Assembly: GCF_009914755.1 (NCBI RefSeq)
Contig: NC_060938.1
DNA from: the human T2T-CHM13v2.0 reference genome, Homo sapiens
Reading direction: 5' to 3' (one strand)
Length of the DNA stretch: 64,000 bases
Below are positions 12,948 to 24,849 of the stretch, in pieces. The first letter of the stretch is position 1; each line of letters starts with the position of its first letter. A program made the position numbers and the translations under genes. The notes under the pieces were generated by a model that did no database searches, had not been told where the DNA came from, and saw only the letters and a list, made by a program, of their open reading frames with translations.

Positions 12948-13004
12948 AAATGTCATATGGTCTTTCAAATGTCATATGGTCTCTCAAATATCATATGGTC
13001 TCAC
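12948..13004. repeat. 19-bp tandem repeat x3 (aaatgtcatatggtctYtc)
   Basis: Units at 12948, 12967 and 12986. Confidence 0.9.
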
Positions 13005-13279
13005 ATCCCCTCCAAACTATTTTAAATATGGCCTGACTTTGGGAATGAAGGCTTTACTTGGACATGGATATGACTGTAGGCATTTTCCTTTATATTCCTT
13101 TATAACTTACTGTTATACATCTACTAGCAGCTGTTAAGGTCACTCCAAAACTGACATTCTCTCCCCATGTTTGCTTCCACTAAAACCCATCTGGTGATGG
13201 AACTGTGCATACCTTCATCAAGTATTTTGAAAACAAAACAAAACAAAATAAGCAAAAACAAAGTAAACAAAAGACAGAT

Positions 13280-13435
13280 ATCTGAATCAGACAGAATTAG
13301 TTTTGGATCCCAGTCTGTCACCAGTTACTTGTTTAAAATGGAGCAGGTTACTTAACAACTCTGAGAAATATTTACTTAAAACACTCAAGTATAATATGTA
13401 TTTTGCAGACATTTTGTGATAAGTAAATGAGGTAT
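13280..13435 (+). mobile_element. MIR fragment
   Basis: gaatcagacag...ggatcccagtctgtcacca...gagcaggttacttaacaactctgag. Confidence 0.7.
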
Positions 13436-13921
13436 GTGTGCATGTGTGGGCTTGTGTATAAAATAAACTCTCTTGATTGGCCTATATAACTGTCTTTTTC
13501 ATTCAGGATGAATGGTGGGTAACTTTTTTACTCACTCAAGCTACATCGTATTCTATTCAGATTAATCTAATTTCTTATCTGAAATAGTTAAAATATGTGA
13601 TATACTTTGACAAATATCAAGGTAATAAACATTTGAAAAAGGACACATTTTTCTCTTCCTTATTTCCTTAAGCCAATTCATTCTTCTACTATATTTTATT
13701 TTACATAAACGTTACTTTAATTTTATATATGCACTATGCAATCTAAAAAGTACAATTGCCTGTGATGTCCATATACTTTACCTTTCTTAAGAGAGGTACA
13801 TTCGTTTAATTTATTCTTATAATCTAGTTGATATGAGTAAATCTTTTAAATAACTAGGGGTGAATTTTGCTCCAATCCACCTATATGAAAATATTTATCA
13901 TTTTTAAAAAGGCAATTCTCT

Positions 13922-14117
13922 CAGCTTAGACAAAATAAAACCCATCTTTACAAAAGATACAAAAAAAAATTCGTTGGATGTGGTGGCATGTGCCTGTGGT
14001 CCCAGCTACTCAGAAGGCTGAGTGGAGACGAGAAGATCACTTGCACCCACATGGGTTGAGGCTCCAGTGAGCCAAATTCTTGCCTCTGCACTACAGCCTG
14101 GGTGACAGTGAGATCTG
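13922..14117 (+). mobile_element. Partial, diverged Alu (AluJ-like)
   Basis: gtggtggcatgtgcctgtggtcccagctactcag...cagcctgggtgacagtgaga. Confidence 0.85.
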
Positions 14118-14934
14118 CAGAAAGATGAGATGCTCTTCCAAGCAAGTAATAGATCTTTGGGTTGCAGATATTGGCAGAACATTGGCATATTCTGGGACCT
14201 CAAGCATTTGATACCCAAGAAAATATAATTTTAATGTATGCTTTCTAATGTCTCTGCGGATATCACCATGAGGTGCTAACTTTTTATATCAGATATTATA
14301 ACTTTATTATTGTATTATACCAAGTTGACATTATTGCTATATTTTCTTTTATTGATTTCAATACTATAATTATATGTTTGCATCCAGTAAGAATAAATAT
14401 GGGAAATTTGAATTTTCATTATGTGATTTTTCTCCTCACTATTTCAATTTAGTTTAATTTACTCAAAATTGTCTTAGAGAACAATCTAAAAAACATTTCA
14501 TACTGCACTTTTGGTTGGCTGTGCTGATTTTATTTTTCAACAATTTTCAAAAATGTTTAAGAGTGGTACCATAAATAATTAATAGGAAAAATAATGATGG
14601 CCTCATTGTATTAACACAAAATTATTGCTGAATTTGATGACTATATGAAATTTAGGTTTATTTTCTAAAAAGATAGTTTACTGATTATTCTACCAATAGC
14701 TTTGTTTTTAACATGAAAAAGGGAAACTGTATCTTACAAAGGACCAAAGAATATTGATCTGGAAAATCTAGATGTAGATGACAATAAGGCATTTTATGTG
14801 CTTAGTTTAGATTTTCCTCATCTTCATAGCATACAGTTATTTAACATTTCACACACAAAAATTTTGAGTGTCACTTACTTTTGAAATAACTTAAACCATT
14901 TACATTTATTGTTATGAGGCTGTTTTGTTTTAAT

Positions 14935-15221
14935 TATCTTATTTATTTATTTATTATACTTTAAGTTCTGGGGTACATGTGCAGAATGTGCAGTTTTGTT
15001 ACATAGGTATATACGTGCCATGGTGGTTTGCTGCACCCATCAACCCATCACCTACATTAGGTATTTCTCCTAATGCTATCCCTTCCATAGCCCCCCACCC
15101 CTGACAGGCCTCGGTGTGTGATGTTCCCCTCCCTGTGTCCATGTGTTCTCATTGTTCAACTCCCACTTATGGGTGAGAACATGTGGTGTTTGGTTTTCTG
15201 TTCTTATGTTAGTCTGCTAAT
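14935..15221 (-). mobile_element. 5'-truncated L1PA7/8-like 3' end
   Basis: ttattatactttaagttctggggtacatgtgcagaatgtgcag... L1PA 3'UTR antisense with T-rich tail. Confidence 0.9.
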
Positions 15222-15513
15222 GCTTTCTTACTGTATTCTTCCTTTTACTGTGCACATTTTAAGGTTTCTGGTATGTTTTCCACTTATTTTATTATCTCTT
15301 TTTTAAAAAATGAATTACTCCTAAACAGCATATGCAAAAATGTGATTTTTCGCAAAGAATTTCGTACTATTTTCTTCATGTTTTTCTCTCATTCCTTATT
15401 ATTCTAGTATATTTCAGAGCCTATTACCATAATTTTTATATAACATGGTTTATATTCTATAAATCATACATTACATAATATTTCTACATTATTTTTATCC
15501 TTTCAAAAACAAA

Positions 15514-15852
15514 GACCAGGTGTGGAAACTCATGCTGTAATCCCAGCACTTTGAGAGGCCAAGGAGGGAGAATGGCTTGAGGCCAGGAGTTCAATACCAG
15601 CCTGGGCAACATAGCAAGACCTTGTCTCTACAATAAAATAATTTAAAAAAATTAGCCTTACATAGTGTCATGCACATAGTGTCAATACTACATGCAGGCA
15701 AGTAGTATTCCTAGTTACTTGAGGGGCTGATGCAGGAGGATCACTTGAGCCCAGAAGTTTGAGGCTCTAAGAGCTATAATCACACTACAACACTCCAGCC
15801 TGGGTGACAGAGGGAGACCTTTTAGGGAGACCTAAAAAAAAATAAAAATAAA
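15514..15852 (+). mobile_element. AluJ (Jo-like) with internal rearrangements
   Basis: Dimeric Alu with ggcttgaggccaggagttc and ggatcacttgagcccag (AluJ type); A-rich tail. Confidence 0.9.
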
Positions 15853-16422
15853 GCACTAAAATCTATTTCACCTTTCCATTTATTTACCTAGGAACAAAGA
15901 AACTTGTATTTACTTTACCATTGGTCCTTTTCCAATAGGATCATTATTAAATTTATTTTGCTTCGTTCATTCTGGTTTCTGTTGCAGAGTCATAAATTTT
16001 AATTCTTCAATAAGAATTGTTAAACTATCTTGAAATTATTTCTGATGTAAGTCAACACCACTTTTTTATTCGTTTTTATGTTGTTCCTGTGTTTTCTGCT
16101 CCAAGTTGAGGCCACATACCTTATATAATATTTAATTATTTAAAAGTTTGGTAAAATAATATATTTGTGATAAAACATTTCACAATCTTTTTCTGGGTAA
16201 TAAAAATATGTCTATTATTGTCACAAAATTTTAGAAATCATATACACATATATGTATATACTTATATATAATGTGGGCATTTGTTTTTGTGGTTAATGTC
16301 ATTTTAGTATTTCTGTTATCATTTTCTGAAATTAAAACTATGATACCATAGTGAGCATATTTTATAATAGATAGGGCTAAGGGTTACTATATTTTCCCTT
16401 TTGTCCATATGGAATATTAATA

Positions 16423-18829
16423 CAGCCATATCGCAGGCATATTATGGGTTTGCTCCCAGACCACTGAAGTAAAGTAAATATTGCAATGAAGTGAGTCACA
16501 CAGTATTTTTGGTTTCTCAGTGCAATAAATGTTATATTTACCCTATAATGTAGTCTATTAAGTGTGCAATAACATTTTATCTTAAAAATGTATATAATTT
16601 AAAACTACTTTATTGCTAAAAAATGCTACTAATCATCAGAGCCTTCAATGAGTCATAATCTTTTTTGCTGGTGGTGGATCTTGCCTTGTTCATGACTGCT
16701 CACTGATCAGGGTGATGATTGCTAAATTTTGGGTGGCTGTGGCAATTTCTTTAAACAACAATGCAGTTTGCTGCATTGATTGCTTCTTTTTTTATGAGAG
16801 ATTTTTCTGTAGCTTATGATGCGTTTGGTCACATTTTCATCCACAGTAGAACTTTCAAAATTGGAGTCAATCTTCTCAAACCCTGCTACACCTTTATTAA
16901 CTAAGTTTATGGCATGTTCTAAACCCTTTTCTGTCATTTCAACAATGTTTATAACATCTTCACTAGGAATAGATTCCATTTCAAGATACCACTTTTTTTT
17001 GCTCATTCAAAATAACTCCTTATCCATTTAAATTTCATAAGATTGTAGCAATTTATTCATATCTTAAGATGCCATTTAATTATAGTTCTCTTGTTATTTC
17101 TACCACGTTTGCAGTTACTTTCTCTGCTAAAGTCTTGAACCCCTCAACATTATCCATGAAGGTTGGAGTCAACTTCTTCTAAACTCCCATTTATGTTAAT
17201 ATCCTGTCCTCTACCAATTAATCATGAATGCTCTCAATGACATCTAAAAATGATTAATTCTTTTCAGAAGGATTTCAATTTCTTTTCCCAGATCTATCGG
17301 AGAAGTTAGTATCTATGGCAACTATAGCCTTGCAGGATGTATTTCTTAAATAAAACAAGACTTGAAATTACTCCTTTATCCATGGCTACAGTTATAAGAC
17401 TTGAAGTTCAAAATTACTCCCTGATCCATGAACTGCAGATGAGTGTTCTGTTAGCACACATGAAAACAACATTAATCTGTACATCTACATCAGAGCTCTT
17501 GGATGACCAGGTGCACTAATGGTCATATCAATGAGCAGTAATATTTTTAAAGAAATCTTTTTTTTTTCCTGAGCAGTAGGTCTCAACAAAGGGCATAAAA
17601 TATTCAGTAAACCATGTTGCAAACAGATGTACTATCATACAGGCTTGTTGTTTCATTTATGGAGAATAGGTAGAGAAGATTTACTGTAATTCTTAAGGGC
17701 CTTAGGAACTTCAGAACGGTTAATGAGCAATGGCTTTAAATTCAATAAAACTGCATTATTCCCTAACCAGAGATTCAGCCTGTCCTTTGAATCTTTGAAG
17801 CCAGGCATTGACTTCTACTCCCTAGCTATGAAAGTTCTAGATGGCAGTTTCTTCCAATATAAGAATGTTTTATCTACATGGAACATCTGTTGTTTAGTAT
17901 AGCCATTGTCATCATGACATTAGTAAGATACTGTGAATAACTTCCTGCAGCTTTACATCAGCACTTGCTATGTCACCTTGCACCTTTATGTTATGGAGAT
18001 CACTTCTTTGATTAAGCCTCATGAATGTACCTCTGCTAACCTGCAATTTTTCTTCTGCAGCTACTTCACCTCTCTCAGCCTTCATAAAGTTATACTTAAG
18101 GCTTTTCTCTAGATTAGGCATTGGCTTAAGGGAATGTTGTGACTGATTGATCCTCTATCCAGACCACTAAAACTTTCCCAATAACAGCAACAAGGATGTT
18201 TCACTTTCTTATCACTTATGTGTTAACTAGAGTATCACATTTAATTTCCTTCATGAGCTATTTCCTTGCATTCACAACTTAATTAAATGTTTGGAACAAG
18301 TGGCCTAGCTTTGGGCATATCTCATCTTTCAACATGCCTTCCTCACTAAGCTCAATCATTTCTAGCTTTTGATTTAAACTGAGACATGCAACTCTTTCTT
18401 TCACTTGAACCCTTAGATGCCATTCTAGAATAATTAAATTGCCTGAATTTCAATATTGCTGTGTCTCTGGAAATACAGATGCATGAGGAAATGGAGAAAG
18501 GCAGAAAAAAAAAAAAAAGGCTGATCGTGGAGCAATCAGAGCAGACAAAACATTTATTAAGTTTGTCATATCGTGTAGACATGTTTCATGGTGCCCTAAA
18601 ACAATTACAATATTAATAACAAAGAGAAGTAATCAAGAGCACTCTGCCAGATATATACTAATAAAAAAGTTTGGAATATTATAACAATTAATAAAATGTT
18701 TCTAGGAGACTCAAAGTGAGCACATGCTGTTGGTAAAATGATGCTAACAGTCTTGCTTAATGTAGGGTTGCCACAATTTTCAATTTAAAAAATGCTATTT
18801 GCAAAGTACAACAAAATGAGATATGCCTG
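16423..18829 (-). mobile_element. Full-length Tigger1 (pogo family) DNA transposon
   Basis: TIR-like ends TA|cagccatatc... and ...atatgcctg|TA; ~2.4 kb; ORFs 16722..17006(-) and 17912..18121(-) match Tigger1 transposase (CENP-B HTH region and C-terminus); many stops/frameshifts. Confidence 0.95.
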
Positions 18830-18910
18830 TATATAAATATCCAAATATTCTCATTTAAATATTTGTCTCGTAGTTTCTTTCCAGTTCCTGCATGGTGCCA
18901 TGTGCAAAGT

Positions 18911-19260
18911 AGTTGTTCCTTAAATAATTTTGAATAAATGATCTAACGACCTATGAGAAGTCATTAAATAATTTTAGTTAATGAAGTTATAGAAGTCAAT
19001 AAATAATAAATAAGTTATCCTTAAATAATTTTGAATAAATTATTTAATGACCTATGAGGAGTATGGAATACAAAATTCATAGTAAAAAAAGATACAGCAA
19101 GTAGGTCAAATCATAAAATATATGGTAAGATGACTCAAAGATAATAAATAGAACTCAACTCAACTCAAAGATAATAAATAGATATAGGAGGGAAGATATA
19201 GCAAGTAGGTCAAATCACAAGATATATGGTAAAACAGCTCAAAGAAAATAAATAGAACTC
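18911..19260. repeat. Cluster of short spaced direct duplications
   Basis: ~50 bp unit at ~18911 and ~19013; ~68 bp unit at ~19089 and ~19193, with a partial copy (actcaaagataataaataga) between. Confidence 0.85.
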
Positions 19261-21164
19261 CTTTTAATAATAGGTTAGGTAAGGGAGTGATATAATTAAA
19301 TTAATGTTTTATGTAAATTATCCTGTTCAAATTGACAGTACTGGAGAAAGGTGATCATTGGGAGGTGAGCATAATTTTCATAAAAATTGATGCAGGGCCA
19401 GACAGAAGAGATGTTGAAACTATTTAGAATATAGAATTGTTAGTATTTGCCAACTTTGTGTGTGTGCAAGGGATGAAGGAGAGAAGGAATCAAAGATACT
19501 ATCAGAGTTTCACGATATGGCTATTCACTAGCACTGGGAATTTGAAAATCATCTTCTCATAATTTTATTGATACTTGTCTGACAAGTGAAATAAGAGGGG
19601 TATATGTAGAATTAGAATGCACATGATACACTGCCAACAAAGTTTTCCATGTTTTTAACACAGCATGTATCAGTATATTATTTGACATCAAAGATAAATT
19701 GTATTAATGCAAGGCATTTGTATGTTGGAGTTATTCACCATTCATTGTTGCTTACTGGAATTTCTGCCCTTCAAAAGAATATTGATAGCTTTTACAAAAA
19801 TAAAGTAAATATAATAAATTAGGCTTGGCCAAATTATCAAAATCTCTTTAAGATATTGGCAAGAAGTAGATTTGTGAACTGTCTTTTAAAAATTTGTCTG
19901 ACCATTTATTTATTTCTGAGTCTTTATAAATACGTTGTCGGAACCTTGAAAAAGTTATCTCATGAAATATTAGCCATAAATTAAAACCACCTTGTCATTA
20001 GATATTTCTAATACCTAAGTGATTTAACATTGTTCCTTCTATATATTCCTTCAATATACCACATTCTATGGTATTCCATTCATTTGAATACCAACTTGAT
20101 TCTTTTTTCTGTTCTTCATTATAAACTCTTGACTATTTTATTTTCACTGAATAATTAGTTTATTTCGGTACATGAGAATAACATAATTTTCTTGCATGGC
20201 ATATTTATCTTATTGGGCTTAGAATTGCTGGTTTAGTGGTTTCTCAGATACACTTTAAAAGACAAAATTCATGGAAATGCTTTTCTATTTCGTGGGTTTA
20301 TTTTCTAATTGGGTCAATTTGGACAAGTCTCTTAAGCTCTCATACTTCATTCCTCTTATCAAAAGCAAACAAAAACCAAGAAATAAAGCTAAATAAATAA
20401 TTATCTCTAAAGCTAAAATTCAAAGGATATGATTATACTATGTATTTTACACTTTTTATAGCTATAAAAATCAATGTTCATATTTTCAATCTGTCATTTT
20501 TTAAGAAATACGAGTCCAATTATTACTGACTTAATTGATTTACATATTATCTTGGATGTTTGAAAGGAAATACATAGAAAAAATAAGTGCATTTATTGTT
20601 CTATAAATATATGAAAGATAACAATAGAAATTAATGAGATAATGCCTATCTAACCTATTCCAACTTTTCAATTCAGTCAATTAATGAAATATCTAAGCTG
20701 TACAATCTATGAAAAATGTCTCATTTTCTTTCTTGTTTTGATTCCTTCATTTTGTTTAATTTTTTTAGCAGATGATTATTGAAATATGACAGGATACTTA
20801 AGAAATAATAAAGCAACTATATTTAAAGACAAATACAATAGCTTTCTTTAGCTCATAGCTGTGTGATCAGAAACTCAGGAAAATTTTATATTTTAAAAAT
20901 TATTTTTCCCTAGTAGTTGATGTTTATAAGTGAAATGGTACCTAAGCATACTATGATTTGTAGAAATTTAAGTCATTATTCTCAAACAACGGATTTTACT
21001 GACTCAAAGTCTCTTTTAAAATATTTAAATTAAGTATTTAAATATTTAAAATACATAACTCAAAATATATTTTGAAAGGCTAAATATCTGATAATGGGCA
21101 GAGTAAAACACACATGTCATAATGCATGTGAAAAGATTACTAAGGTTTCACCATATAATTAATT

Positions 21165-21220
21165 ACATCAATTAAACAAACATTTATTGAGTGACTACTA
21201 TTTTCCAGGCACTGTTATTA
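21165..21220 (-). mobile_element. L2 3' tail
   Basis: caattaaacaaacatttattgagtgactacta...ccaggcactgtt. Confidence 0.7.
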
Positions 21221-21279
21221 AAAAATAATAGAATAAAATGTTAATATCCTGAGGTAACCAGTCAATTAATCAATAATAG

Positions 21280-21770
21280 AATGGAAAAAATTATGAATTA
21301 TATTTCTGATAAGGGTCTAGTATCTATAATATATATTTAAAAATCTCTTACAATTCAACAGCAACAACCAAAAAGTCAATCTAAAAATGAACATAGGAAA
21401 TGAAAGACATTTTCTAAGGAAGATATGCAAATGGACAAAAAACACATACATGATCAACGTCATAGACATTAGGTAAATGCAAATAAAATCCATAATGTCA
21501 TAGGTGGGAATTGAACAATGAGATCACATGGACACAGGAAGGGGAATATCACACTCTGGGGACTGTGGTGGGGTGGGGGGGTGGATAGCATTGGGAGATA
21601 TACCTAATGCTAGATGACGAGTTAGTGGGTGCAGCGCACCAGCATGGCACATGTATACATATGTAACTAACCTGCACAATGTGCACATGTACCCTAAAAC
21701 TTAAAGTATAATAAAAAAAAATCCATAATGAGATGCCTCCTCCTACTTGTAGGAACAAGTAGGCTATAAA
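21280..21770 (+). mobile_element. Old L1M ORF2 C-terminal fragment (host of short L1PA2)
   Basis: tatttctgataagggtctagtatcta...atgcaaataaaatccataatg|agatgcc. Confidence 0.75.
21498..21717 (+). mobile_element. Short 5'-truncated L1PA2-type insertion with 13-bp TSD
   Basis: Near-consensus young L1 3'UTR with GAG diagnostic (gatgacGAGttagtggg); TSD aaaatccataatg at 21485-21497 and 21718-21730. Confidence 0.95.
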
Positions 21771-21789
21771 TGACACAAAACTTAAAAAT

Positions 21790-22510
21790 AATCAGAACAC
21801 AGTTAAAAATTAAACTGTTGATATATGTAAGACACTGCAGAATCCACATTTTTTTCTAGTCTACACGTCAAACATTTAGCAGAGTTGACCATATATTGGG
21901 CCATAAAAAAGCTTCAACAAGATTTTTAAATTTTAAATCATAAAGGCAATTCTTTGACTACGATGAACTTAAACTAGAATACAAAAGGAAACCAAAAAAT
22001 AAAAAAAATCCTCCAAATTTTTGAGATGTAAGTAGTAACATTTGACATAACCCATGGATCAACATAAAAAAAATACAAATCAGAAAAATTGAGCTGAGTA
22101 ATAATAAAAATAAAACATAATAAAAAGACGTAATGCAGATAAAGGCATTCAGAAGATAAATTTATAGCTTTTCCTATGTGTATCAAGAAAAAAATTGCTG
22201 AAAATCAATTATGTATTCATCTTTAGGAGTTAAGATTGCATCTAGAGGAAACAGGCAGAACAGAGTAACGGAATTAGAACAGAAATTGATAAAACTGTCA
22301 AGCAAATCATTATCAAAAAAGTGAATAAAACAAATGTGTAAAAGAGAAATTAGATACAAAAGTTGAAATTTGAAAAATTAATGCAATCTCTAGAAAGACT
22401 TATCTAGAAAGAGAAAGTGGGAGAGAGAAGATTCAAAGGAGGACTTCGTTAATGCAAAAAAAACAAGCATCATTGTAGCTTCTAGAGATGTTAAACAAAT
22501 AATACTATTA
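21790..22510 (+). mobile_element. Old L1M ORF2 (endonuclease/linker) fragment
   Basis: gaatccacattttttt...agttgaccatatattgggccataaaa...ataaatttatagc. Confidence 0.75.
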
Positions 22511-22752
22511 TTAATCTATTTATTTGTTATACAATACAATAGATTATATGATATATAATGATAATTATAGACTATATGTTATATAACGGTAATTACATGC
22601 CATTAACATATTTGTCATGAGTTCAGCTGAGCTGAGAGAGTCAGAGTAAGCTGTAACTCAGGTGGCTGAAGTAGCTCATTACAGCAGTAAGCCTAAAGGA
22701 CACATGTACCCCCTAAATTTATACAAATAAAATTTAAAGAATAAATGTACAG

Positions 22753-24163
22753 CTTATTTTGCAATTGCTTTTGATGTTTTAGTCATGAAGTCTTTGCCCA
22801 TGCCTATATCCTGAATGGTATTGCCTAGGTTTTCTTCTAGGGTTTTTATAGTTTGGGGTTTACATTTAAGTCTTTAATCCATCTTGAGTTAATTTTTGTA
22901 TTAAGGTGTAAGGAAGGGTCCAGGTTCTGTTTTCTGCATATGGCTAGCCAGTTTTCCCAGCACCATTTATTAAATAGGGAATTCTCTCCCTATTGATTTT
23001 TTTTCAGGCTTGTCGAAGATCAGATGGTTATAGATGTATGGTGTTATTTCTGAGGCCTCTGTTCTGTTCCATTGGTCTATATATCTGTTTTGGTGCCAGT
23101 ACCAAAGGCCAAAGTTGACAAATGGGACCTAATCAAACAAAAGAGCTTCTGCACAGCAAAAGAAACTATCATCAGAGTGAATAGGCAACCTACACCATGG
23201 GAGAAAATTTTTGCAATCTACCCATCTGACAAAGGTCTAATACCCAGAATCTACAAGGAACTTAAACAAATTTACAAGAAAAAACAAACAACCCCATCAA
23301 AAAGTCAGCAAAGGATATGAACAGACACTTCTCAAAAGAAGACATTTATGCCGTCAACAAACATATGAAAAAAAGCTCATCATTACTGGTCATTAGACAA
23401 ATGCAAATCAAACCACAATGAGATACTGTCTCACGCCAGTTAGAATGGCAATTATTAAAAAGTCAGGAAACAACAGATGCTGGTGAGACTGTGGAGAAAT
23501 AGGAATGCTTTTACACTGTTGGTGGGAGTGTGAATTAGGTCAACCATTGTGGAAGACAGTGTGGCAATTCCTCAAGGATCTAGAACCAGTAATGCCATTT
23601 GACCCACAAATCCTATTACTGGATATATACCCAAAGGAATATAAATCATTCTACTTAAAGACAAATGCACACGTATGTTTCTTGCAGCGCTATTCACAAT
23701 AGCTAAGAGTTGGAATCAACCAAAATGCCCATCAATGACAGACTGGATAAAGAAAATATGGCACATATATACCATGGAATACTATGCAGCCACAAAAAAG
23801 GATGAGTTCATGTCCTTTGCAGGGACATGGATGAAACGGGAAGCCATCATTCTCAGCAAACTAACACAGGAACAGAAAACCAAACACTGCACGTTCTCAC
23901 TCATAAGTGGGAGTTGAACTTGAGAACACATGGACACAGGGAGGGGAACATCACACACTGGGGCCTCTCAGGGATGAGGAGCAAGGTGTGGGGGGAGAGC
24001 ACTAGGACAAATACCTAATGCATGAGGGGCTTACCACCTAGATGACGGGTTCACAGGTGCAGCAAACCAGCATGGAATATGTATCCCTATGTACCAAAAC
24101 TGCACATTCTGCACATGTATCTCAGAACTTAAAGTAAAATTTAAAAAATATAAAAATATAAAA
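22753..24163 (+). mobile_element. L1PA8-like insertion with 5' inversion (twin priming)
   Basis: 22753-~23100 is antisense ORF2, ~23101-24160 is sense ORF2 end, 3'UTR and A-tail; TSD aataaatgtacag at 22740-22752 and 24164-24176. Confidence 0.93.
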
Positions 24164-24849
24164 AATAAATGTACAGGTTAAAAAATAAACAAAAAATACA
24201 AAAAAAAAAAACACACCACCACTACAAAGCAATAAGCCAAAAATGAATGGGTTAAGCCCTTTATCACTTGTTGTGGTGGTATAAGCAACACCCTAAATCC
24301 AGCGAAAGCTCCAACTTCCCCATTTCCATCTTCCCACATGAAATGATGCATATTCCAGGGTAGGGTGGATGAGCGCAGATTTGGCGTTTGTCCCACTGCA
24401 GGGAGATCTTCAAGGAAAAGTCTCTAGCACTATTATGGACTATGGCAGGGATGTTAGAGTGCAGGGGGCAATAGGAGTAAAAAAAATACTGGAGATTGTA
24501 TCAGTGAGAAAAAATGTCTTTAATGTTTTCCTCTCCTCCTACTATCAGGAGGCCTGTTCAGAAGAGCCCGAGAAAGACCTCTGCCCAAGGCCTCAGATAA
24601 AGGTCCCTAAGTATCAGAGCACCACCAGACCAGTAAGGTAAATATGTGAAATACTATGATTGGCCAGGGTGCTGATATCTTGACTGTAGCTTCCTTTAGA
24701 GGTTGCAGTGCACTAGCTGCACTAGTTGTGGTGTGGGAAGGGCAGCTTTCCTAGCTTTACCTGCCTTTCATTTAAAACTTCTGAAATTATCTATGGTGAG
24801 GTCTGAAAGATCACTCATAGGTTTATCACCAGGAACTGGACTTGACATT

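Noticed and set aside
16423-18829. Domesticated TIGD-like transposase gene
   Set aside because: Transposase survives only as short broken frames; TIRs and uniform decay indicate a neutral fossil.
12948-19260. Spaced direct repeats as a CRISPR-like array
   Set aside because: Eukaryotic context, only 2-3 degenerate copies per unit and no cas genes.
21012-21055. AT-only quasi-palindrome
   Set aside because: Short and low complexity; common in AT-rich DNA.
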